From NCBI RefSeq assembly GCF_004010195.1, contig NC_057751.1:6080997-6124919 (forward strand): 43,923 nt of DNA, in the 5' to 3' direction. Numbering within the stretch: position 1 is the stretch's first letter; each line of letters begins with the position of its first letter. The notes under the pieces are model-generated. The model was not told where the DNA came from. It did no database searches and saw only the letters and a program-made list of their open reading frames with translations. The position numbers and the translations under genes were made by a program. Source of the stretch: Chiloscyllium plagiosum. Its lineage: Eukaryota. Below, in pieces: positions 34,860 through 43,923 of the stretch.

Positions 34860-37568
34860 TCTTTTGGTTGCTCATAAGATAAGGGCATCCTAGGTTGGAC
34901 AGCATTTTTAGCCTGCCCCTCATTGCTGTTGATAGTGGTGAGCTGCCTTCTTGAACTGCTGCAGTCCGCGCGCTGGAGATTGACTCACAATGCCATTACA
35001 GAAGGAATTCCTGGATTTTGACCAAGTGACTGGTGAAGGAATGGTGATATATTGCCAAGTTGGGATGGTGAGGTTCTTGGAAGAGAATCCATAAATCTGC
35101 TGCCATTTTGATTTGGAAGTGGTCATAGGTATGAAACATGTATCAGGAGCCCTGTTGAATTTCTGCAGTTCATCTTGGAAATAGCACATACTGCTGTGAT
35201 TGAGTTGTCAATGGTGGAGGGAGTGGATGTTTGTGGATGTGGCATCAATTAAGTGGGCTTCTTTGTCATAGATGGTATCAAGATTCTTGAGTATTGTTGG
35301 AGGTGCATTCATTCAGACAAATGAGAATATTCCATCATACTCCTGAATTGTGCCTTATACATGGTGGACAAGCTTTGCGGAGTGAGGAGGTGAGTTACCT
35401 GCTGCAGTGTTTCGAGCCTCTGACCTGCTCTTGCAACCACTGTTGCAAGTTTGGTTGAGTTCCTGGTCAGTGGTCACCCCAAAGATATTTGTGGGGAATT
35501 AAGTGATGGTAACACCATTGAATGTGAAGGGGCAGTCATTAGACAGTCATTGCTTGGCATTTCTGTGCTGCAAATGCTCTTTGCCACTTGTCAGCCCAAA
35601 TCTGGATATTAAATAGATCTTGTTGCATTTGAAAATTAACTGCTTCACTACCTGAGGAGATGTGAATGGTGCTGAACATTGTGCAGTATTGGCAAACATC
35701 CCCATTTTCTGATGGAGAGGAGGGTGCACTAGAGCTGAGATGACTGGGTGCTAGCAGGTGGGACTAGATTGGGTTGAGATATCTGGTCGGCATGAATGGG
35801 TTGGACTGAAGGGTCTGTTTCCATGCTGTACATCTCTATGACTCTATGACTGACGTCCAACAACTACGACCATCTTCCTGTGTGCCAGGTATGCCTCCAA
35901 TCAGCAGAGAGTTTGCCCTCTGATTCCCATTGATTGCATTTCTGCTGAGGCTCCTTGATGCCGACTCAGGCAAATATGGCCTTGATTTCGATTTTTCACA
36001 GTGTTGGGAAGATGTCAGTATTGCAACTATACTATAAGAGCTTGACTTGAGGAGCAGGAAATTCTGAAGTACAAGTCTTCAGTACTATTGCTGGAATGTT
36101 GTCAGGGTGCATAACATTTGCTGTCTGTAGTGCCTCCAAATGCTTCTTGATGTCCCGTGGAGTAAATTGAATTGGCTGAAGACTGGCGTCTGTGACACTG
36201 CTGACCACTGGAGGAGGCCAAAATGGATCATTCACTTGGCACTCCTGGCTGAAGATTGATGTGAATGCTTCAGCCTTATCAGTTGCAAACATGCATTTGT
36301 CAGTTTTTAATTGTCCACCATCATTCACGACTGGATATGGTAGGACTGCAGAGCTTAGATCTGGTCTGGCAGGTTGTGGGATTGCTTCATTTTGTCTATC
36401 ATTGGCTGCTTTTGTTGTTTGGCATGCAACCAGTCTTGATTGATAGCTTCACCAGGTTGACACATTATTTTTAGCTATTCTGGTGCTGCTTCTGGCATCT
36501 TGTTTTGTACTCTCTATTGAACCAGGGTTGATTGTCTGGCTTGAATCTAATATTTGAGTGGGGGGATATGTGAGGACATGAGGTTGTAGATTGTACTGGA
36601 GTACAGTTCTGCTGCTGTTCATGTCCCATAGCATCTCATGGATGCCCAGTTTTCAGTTGCTCGATCTGTTTGAAGTCTGTCCCATTTAGCATTGTGATAG
36701 TGCTGCACAACACAAGGGAAGGTTTTCTCAATGTGAAGGTAGGACCTAGTCTCCACAAGGATTGTGCGGTGGTCATTCTTACTGATACTGTCATGGAAAG
36801 ATACGCCTGTCGCTGGCAGATTGTTAAGGATGAGGTCAAGTCTTTTTTCCCTCTTGTTGGTTCCCTCACCACCTGCAGCAGACCCAGTCTAACAGCTGTG
36901 ACCTTGAGGATTCGACTAGCTTGATCAGTCATGCAGCTGCTGAGCCACTCTTGGTGGTGGACATTGAAATCCCCCAGCCAGAGTACATTTTGCACCCCAG
37001 CCACCATCAATGCTTTCTCCAAGGGTTATTCAACATGGAGGAGTACTGATTCATCAGCCGAGGGAGAATAGTATGTGGTAATCAGCAGGAGATTTCCTTA
37101 TCCATTTTTAATCTGAAGCCATGAGACTTCATGGGGTCCTGAGTCAAGGCTGAGGGCTTCCAGGGCAACTCACTCCTGACTGTAATGCACTGTGCTGCCA
37201 ATAGACTGGACATATTCAAGCATGGTGCGGAACCATGAACATGACTATGACAGGCTGTTGCTTGATTTGTCCATGACACAGGTATCCCAAATTGGGCATT
37301 CGCCCCCAGATTTTCAGAAGGAAGACTTTGCAAAGTTGACAGGGCTATTTCTGCCATTATATTTTCCAATTTCTTGCTTGATGCCAAATGGTCCATCCAG
37401 TTTCATTTCTTTGTTGAAACTTTGTAGTGATTCATACAAGTGAGTGCTGGCTCAGCTTTTTCGGAAGGCAGTTAAGAGTCAACTACAATGCAGTGGGTCT
37501 GGAGTCACGTGAGGGCTAGACCAGGGGAGAATGGCAGATTTCTTTCCCTGAAGGTCATTAGTGAGCCA
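34860..37568 (-). mobile_element. LINE family Z, long copy including 5' region, endonuclease and RT (decayed)
   Basis: Minus ORFs VLWLGDFNVHHQEWL...LGLLQVVREPTRGK (AP endonuclease) and DKAEAFTSIFSQ...DIKKHLEAL..PDNIPAIVLKTC (RT N-term); 3' tail at about 34860. Confidence 0.88.
35748..35850 (+). mobile_element. CR1 (HER1-type) 3' tail nested in the LINE
   Basis: caggtgggactagattgggttgagatatctggtcggcatg...gaagggtctgtttccatgctgtacatctctatgactctatgac. Confidence 0.85.
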
Positions 37569-39719
37569 TATTTGAATCCATGAGTTTCTGATTCAGAGGC
37601 ATAGAGTATGACCACTTATCAAGATTTGCACTTGGAAAGGAATTCCAAACCTTGTGAATCAGGCAACTTAAAGCGCAATTCCCAGTGATTAGGATGAAGG
37701 GAGGGGGAATTCATCTGGAGTTGGTGGAATGGGACATGTGAGTGAATGAAGTGGGTGTAAAAATGAGGAGTGAAGGAGTGTAAGCATTGTATCTGATCTT
37801 ACAAACGTGACTGTAATGAATATATTTTAAGGTGACATCAATTTTATAAGGATCACTTATAATAACAATTTTAGAATGACAATTTTTGAAAATTTGCTGA
37901 TCAATGATTTGGATCCCAAATTTGCACACATGTCCTGGCTTTAATGAAAGAAATTAGTGTGACTAATAGCACTCCTTGGACCTTATTTAAAGGACAAATG
38001 TGAGGAAGGAAATGCAGAAGGGAATAATTACTATGGGTGTTCTGAGATTGAGAGGCTCACACTGAGTGTTCTTTGAAAATGTCACTGTGAAAATTAACTG
38101 CATTTTAATATCGCCTGTTTGCCCTAAATCTGTTCATGCTTTCATTGAGATTATAGCCAAATAAATTGCATGACCATGCATGGAATTAATATTGGAATTT
38201 CGAGGCTCTTGTTTGTGCAAAGTTATTACATTCTTCTCAACCAAAAGCTTCGGATAGATTACATCGAGCAACTTTTTATATTGCTGAGAATAATGAAAGC
38301 TGTTGCAGGTAATTCATATAATGCTCTATCGTTACACAAACTGTGGTGTGATATTTCACTCTGTCATTCGGAATTAAATATGTAGAAATGGAACATGCTG
38401 GAACAATGAATGAAACGGTTCTGGCAGTTGAGGGATGACAATTCTCAGAAGATGTTCCTTCCAACATGAATCTAGGGGAACGGATCAAGGTATGAGGTCA
38501 CCTTGAAATATTTTGCGAGCGCAATGAAAGCCTTACAACATACAACTGAAGGCGAGACTAATATTTTCAAGCAATGTGCTTGCAGCTAACTAGTCTTTCT
38601 TCCCACAGTAAAGCATAACCTTTTCATTATTAACAATAGCGCTGTCAAAATTGAGTAGCGATTCTCTGGGAAATAGCTGTGTCAGGCATGAGATACTCGC
38701 AACAATATAAAGAGCAGAACTGCATGGTACACTAAATCTTCAATGAAGTAATTTCAGGAATATCTCATCTGAGAGCTCCTTGATGTTTGACAGAATCGCT
38801 TCCTTTTTCCCAAAAAATGTTGGCATAGTACCTTTCGCCAATATTTCTCCTTTGTCCTTTTCTGAAGTCAATTGTGTGATGAAACTGCATATTATCTGGC
38901 ACCAAACAAGTTGGAGTTAAGATCTCTGCTCACTTCAAATGAGCTTCTTCAGACCTGGTGCTTATCAAACAACCGATATTGAATTTGTCAAATGTAAACA
39001 TGCCCTAAATAAGTGAAAGATGAATTTTGCCACAGGCGACTATATCTATTTTCTGATACCCGTTGAAATCGAGTCACTGTCAAAGCCTGTAAAGTTGCCT
39101 TGCAACCATTGATGTGCACAGTGTGCATCATTTATAACCTAAAGAGATGGTGTCACAAAAATCTTAACAGGCTGCTGACATGTTATAATATGACCGAGTA
39201 TTCCCTTGAATGTTGAAGGTTAAGGACTGATGCATTTGAGAATTTTAGGATCTTGAAATCCAAGACAGGAAGAATCTTGCTACACTGGTTGAGAGATCCA
39301 GGACAAGCAGTGGTGGGTGCAGATCAAAAGTGATACTATGCTTTTTTAGGTTATCTTGGGGAGGTTGCTGCACTTACTAGTTGTGAGACAACATGTATTT
39401 TGTTTGCTTAATGTTAGACAATTAATTGTCTGGCATTTTTGAAAGAAGGCTCTTTGAAATATTCAGTTTAGGCTGGAGCTATGGACTTTGGCAGTTTCCC
39501 CACAGATTGAGTACAGTGACTGAAAACCGCCCCTATTAATTCTATCCAAACCTTCCCTTAAATCCGTTAAGGCTTCTCAGATCTTAGGAGAGCCTGACCT
39601 TCTCAGCGATACCACATCCCTAGAACCATTCTGACCAATCTCTTCTGAACCCTTTAAAAAACCTTCCTATTCTTCCAATGGCCCAGAATTATTACAAAGT
39701 GCATGGAGAACATGTTTAA

Positions 39720-40400
39720 TAAAATTAAGAGTACGATTTTAAAGGTGTAGGAATGGGGATACCTGGCTTAATATATGCATAAATTATTAAAGATAGCAGC
39801 ACAGATAGAGATAGTTATAAAGAAATAATCATCAGCTTCATAGTTTGGGTCATAGAGTAAAAGAGCGTACGACCCTAGTTTGACCGCAGCTGGAGGATTG
39901 TTCACATTCTGGACGCCACACTTCCGGAAGGATGTGATTGCGGAAGAAGTTCACAAAACTGAAGATTGGTCCCAGAGATGAGAAACTTCAGTAGAGGGAA
40001 TGGATTGGAAAAATTGAAACTATTTTCCCAGGAGAATAGGAGGATCCAGGGAAATCTGACAGAAATTTTCAAAATCTTGAGGGATCGGGACAGAGAAGGC
40101 GAGGGAGAAGATGTTCCTGCTTGTAAAATGATCAAGAACCAGAAGGTGTCATTTTGAAGTGTTTTACAAAAGAAACAAATGTGTGCTGACGTGGATCCTT
40201 TTCACACCTTGAGTGATGAGGTTTTAAATGCACCATTAAGAGGCATGATGGAGACAGGTTTAACTGTGATGCTCAAGAAGGCATTTGATAATTCTTTCAG
40301 CCAAAAAGAATAGGCAAGAGGAAAAGACAGGAATTTGTACCAACTTCAAAATACTTGGAAAGCCAGCTTGGACATGATGGGCAGAATGGTAATGCTGTGA
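39720..40400 (+). mobile_element. Old CR1 RT C-terminus and 3' UTR
   Basis: LV.PQLEDC..FWTPHFRKD; MVPEMRNFS...LEKLKLFSQENRRIQGNLTEIFKILR. Confidence 0.75.
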
Positions 40401-40739
40401 ATCAGAGCTTGTGGACAGTTCACAATTTTCCGCGTCCCCTCTAAATGCTGAACAAATGAATAATTTACTGATGTTTCCAGAACAGTTTTCAGAATGGTCT
40501 GTAAACATTCTGTGATACACGTATTGCATTTGGTAAGTCTGCGGTCCTAACTTCAGAGTTCAAGCTGCTGAACAAGTTTTGATAGTTAAACAAAAGCCGT
40601 GTTTTAAAGAAATTCGACCATGCTGTTGAGTCGAGGGTGAGAGAGGAAGTGGAGTCGCTGGAGAAATGGTGCAAAGATACAGGCAGCTCTGAGAGAGGGA
40701 CTTAAAGGGATTTTTGTCTTGTAGACACTTTGCCCTGCT

Positions 40740-40986
40740 GCCTGGGAGAAGCAGGTACCACGGTCCATGGAGGCAGCACCTGGAGGTGGGGAAGGGGGTG
40801 GCAGCTGCAGCTGGGAGTTGATTGCCTGCAGCTGGGCCGAGTACGGCCAGGTGTGCGGAGCAGGTGTGCGGAGGCTCCGCCCCCCCCTCACACCTGCTGC
40901 TCCAGCGTGCGAGAGAGACACACCTGTTCGAGGGCAGACCCTGCTGCTGCAGCTGAGGGAGGTGAATCTCTCCAGAAAATGTGAGT
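40740..40986 (+). promoter_or_regulatory. Candidate promoter/enhancer and first exon with dense E-box cluster, GC box and splice donor
   Basis: Local GC/CpG enrichment; nine CAGCTG/CACCTG/CAGGTG sites at 40777-40955; ctccgcccc at about 40875; TCACACCT at 40888-40895; AT/GTGAGT donor at 40981. Confidence 0.55.
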
Positions 40987-41267
40987 TTTATTTTCCTCCT
41001 TTTTTTGGCTTCTGGACACACACACCATTCCCTTGAGCCAATGATTCCCAAAGACACCTAACTCCCAAAAAAAAGAGAAAGTTTTCTGCCTCTTCACCCC
41101 CTTGAGCAATGGTCCTGCGCTCCACTCTGTCACATCAAGGCTTGATGTTCTGGCCGTTTGTGGCAACTGACTCTCATCTGGTTTGCATCAGTCTTTTTCT
41201 CTGAAATTTCAAAATCGAAACAGTTCGCGATAGTACAAAGGATTAACTCCTCATTATAGAATGCGAC

Positions 41268-41385
41268 CAGTATAGAACTTTCCAGAAGGTCATCACCACA
41301 TCTGGAGAATCGGAACAGTTTTGAACTTTCCGGAATATAATCTCTGCATTCAGAGATAGGGAGCAGTTTAAAACTTTCCAGAAGC
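41268..41385. repeat. Degenerate 48-bp tandem repeat carrying heat-shock-element motifs
   Basis: Units start at 41268, 41316 and 41364; units 1 and 2 are 32/48 identical; GAActTTCcaGAA, GAActTTCcgGAA, AAActTTCcaGAA. Confidence 0.7.
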
Positions 41386-41724
41386 ACACGTGCATTTTTT
41401 GATTGTTATTTGTACCTTCTTGACCTGAAGAGTGAAAATGCTGCTGCCTTCACCCCATGAGATTCTTTCCTTTTTCTGAGTGTCTTTGAAATAAACTGGT
41501 TGTTGATTTTTCACAGATTTCTTTCAAGGGGATTTCAGGTATGATTCTTTCAAACAAATGATTGAATATTCTGTTTGAAAAATCCATCTCAACAGAATCA
41601 TTTTCAAGGGTGACGTTTTATCCCGAGAACAGAAAAGACAGATTCAGCAGGAATTTGTGTCTTTCATGAAGGCAGGGAATTGGTGAGACTACATGTGGAA
41701 AACTGTGCACAGTGTTGGTTTCCT

Positions 41725-42220
41725 TTAAGGGAGAATGTAAGTGTGTTGGAGTTGGTTTAAAGGTGCTTTACAAGGTTGATATCTGGAATGAGCAGGTTGT
41801 TTTTTGAGGAAAGGTTGGACATCCTGAGCTTGTTTTAACTGGAGTTCAGAAGATTGAGGGGTAACGATTGAAATGGAGAAGATGCTAAACTGAATGTTCC
41901 CAGTGGACATGGAAAGGATGATTCCTCTTGTGTGTCAGTCCAGAATTAGGTGCCAGTGATTTAAGATTAGGACAAAGATGAGCACAATTGTTGAGGGTTG
42001 TGTGACTTTGGAAAGCTCTTCCTCAGAAGGCAGTGAAGGTGGGGTAACTGAGTATTTTTAAGCTGGATAGAATCTTGTCAGACAAGGGAATCAAAGATTA
42101 TCAGGGGCTTGATGGAAAGGTGGAATTGGGAACACAAACAGATCGACCATGATCTGACTGAATGGTGAAGCATTCTCAAGGGGCTGAGTAGACTACATCT
42201 GAACATTTTGTATGTTCATT
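41725..42220 (+). mobile_element. Old CR1 3' end
   Basis: ggttggacatcctgagcttgttttaactggagttcagaagattgagggg...ccatgatctgactgaatggtgaagca. Confidence 0.7.
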
Positions 42221-42282
42221 GTTATTTGTTTACTGAAATCTATGTTTGTAAGATCAGTGCAAATTAGTCAATGACTATGATG

Positions 42283-42368
42283 CGGATACTGCCTGACCTG
42301 CTGTGCTTTTCCAGCACCACACTTTTTGACTCTGATCTCCAGCATCTGCAGTCCTCGCTTTCTCCTAC
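42283..42368 (+). mobile_element. Penelope pseudo-LTR 3' fragment and tail
   Basis: ctgcctgacctgctgtgcttttccagcaccacac...ctctgatctccagcatctgcagtcc matches 15420-15490. Confidence 0.8.
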
Positions 42369-42744
42369 TATGATGCACCTGTTGCTTTTGCACTGATTTA
42401 GGGTAAGAAGATCAGGAAAATCAGAGAGGCAGACAGGGGAATCTTGATGGCACAAAAAAACTTGCAAATGGATTCAGGAATGACCTAGACTGATAATACC
42501 ACAATGGATATGTGGGATATGCGCAGTTAAGGTCAAATGGCCTGAAAATGATTGTGCCGAATTTGGATCTCTTTTGCTTCCCTCTTCCTGTGACAAGGTC
42601 ATGAGACTCTGACCACTTACGTGCTGTTAGTTTGTGACTATCTCCGGATCTGCCTGACTCTGTCCCGCTCCCAACCCCTCAAAGACTTCCAAATCCTATT
42701 CCATATCTACTTAATAAAAAATACTTTGACCTTCACCTGAGGGA

Positions 42745-42950
42745 GTCATACAGCATGGAAACAGATCCTTTAGTCCAACTAGTCCATGCTGACCATATTC
42801 CAAAATTAAGTTAGTCCCATTTGTTTGCATTTGGCCCATAGGACCTTCAGTCGATGTCACAATGCATATGGAATTCGTTGACCTGGGTACATAGTGCATT
42901 TTGTCCATATCCCTCTCACCCTTTACCATTCATGTACCTGTCCAAATATC
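42745..42950 (-). mobile_element. CR1 (HER1-type) 3' tail with small internal insertion
   Basis: catacagcatggaaacagatcctttagtccaac is the reverse complement of the HER1-type tail. Confidence 0.75.
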
Positions 42951-43314
42951 TGACGACACTTTGATTCCTCTGCAACCGTAGAATGCTGTAAGGTACTCGA
43001 CATCCCTTTTACAACCCTCACAGATCACAAGACTCGCAGCTCATGCAATCCTGTCAAGCTCTTTTACTCGAACTGTTCTCAAATCCCAGAGTGGTTCACC
43101 AGTTCATTAGATAGTCCTTCCCAGTGTTGCTAAACACTGGGCACATCTCATTGCTGTAGCTGTCACAATGCTTGAGTTCAAAATGAAATATGTGATTGAA
43201 AAGATGTGTTATCAGCCAGAGATTTACAAAGCAACGGAGGCAAAATAATGGACTTGAGCCTGTTCCACCATTCAATGAGATCATGGCTGATTGGTAGTCT
43301 AACTCCATATCGAA

Positions 43315-43428
43315 AAGCATGGCACTGGAAAAACACAGCAGTTCAGGCAGCATCCGAGGAACGGGAGTGTCAACGTTTCGGGCACAAACCCTTCATCAGG
43401 AAGGACTGGGGAGAGGAAAGGGGCTGAC
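43315..43428 (-). mobile_element. Short Penelope pseudo-LTR derivative with intact hammerhead core
   Basis: Minus strand CTGATGA-A-GGGT-TTGT-GCCC-GAAA-CGTT at 43372-43399. Confidence 0.8.
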
Positions 43429-43518
43429 GTTGGCCTATATCCCTTAATACCATTTCTTACCAATATTCAGTGAGGTGATGCAGTTACCAGTAACATTCAA
43501 GGAAATTGACTTATTTCG

Positions 43519-43923
43519 AGTCATAGAGTCATACAGTCATGAAATGTACAGCATGGAAACAGACCCTTCGGTCCAACCCGTCCATGCAGATCAGATATGC
43601 CAACCCAATCTAGTCCCACCTGCCAGCATTCTTGCCCATATCCCTCCAAACCCTTCCTATTCATATACCCATCCAAATGTCTTTGAAATGTTGCAATTGT
43701 ACCAGCCTCCACCACTTCCTCTGGCAGCTCATTCCATATACATACCACCCTCTGCGTGAAAAAGTTGCCCCTTAGGTCTTTTTATATCTTTCCCCTCTCA
43801 CCCTAAACCTATGCCCTCTAGTTCTGGACTCCCCCACCCCAGGAGAAAGACTTTGTCCATTTATCCTATCCATGCCCCTCATAATTTTGTAAGCCTCTAT
43901 AAGGTCACTCCTCAGCCTCCGAC
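43519..43923 (-). mobile_element. CR1 (HER1-type) 3' end, runs off the window
   Basis: Minus ORF VCIWNELPEEVVEAGTIATFQRHLDGYMNRKGLEGYG; reverse complement of 8350-8750. Confidence 0.92.

Noticed and set aside
38743..38890. Minus-strand peptide GKKEAILSNIKEL..IFLKLL vaguely like a RhoGEF DH segment
   Set aside because: Lacks the conserved F.N and FH residues, ends in a stop, and has no partner exons; probably chance.
40560..41387. Overlapping 84-165 aa ORFs, including one with 16-aa periodicity
   Set aside because: Expected from GC-rich DNA and the 48-bp repeat; mostly non-ATG starts and no recognised homology.

Overview
Vertebrate genomic DNA from a cartilaginous fish, probably a carpet or bamboo shark. 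This is inferred from the repeat families recalled from memory: HE1/V-SINE, HER1-type CR1 tails, LF-SINE and shark Penelope elements. The window is dominated by transposable elements and I found no supportable host protein-coding exon; the ORF track is TE-derived or chance. Contents: many decayed CR1-group LINEs, a 5'-truncated Rex1/Babar LINE, and a 3.1-kb Penelope-like insertion with inverted pseudo-LTRs, hammerhead motifs and an 11-bp TSD. There are also several short Penelope-derived hammerhead-carrying elements, five solo LTRs of three families, tRNA-derived SINEs and one 78-N assembly gap. The most notable non-TE signal is a GC-rich candidate promoter/first exon at about 40.74-40.99 kb with nine E-boxes in 180 bp. 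It is followed about 290 bp later by a 48-bp-period repeat carrying heat-shock elements. Family names were not checked against a database, and boundaries of old repeats are approximate.
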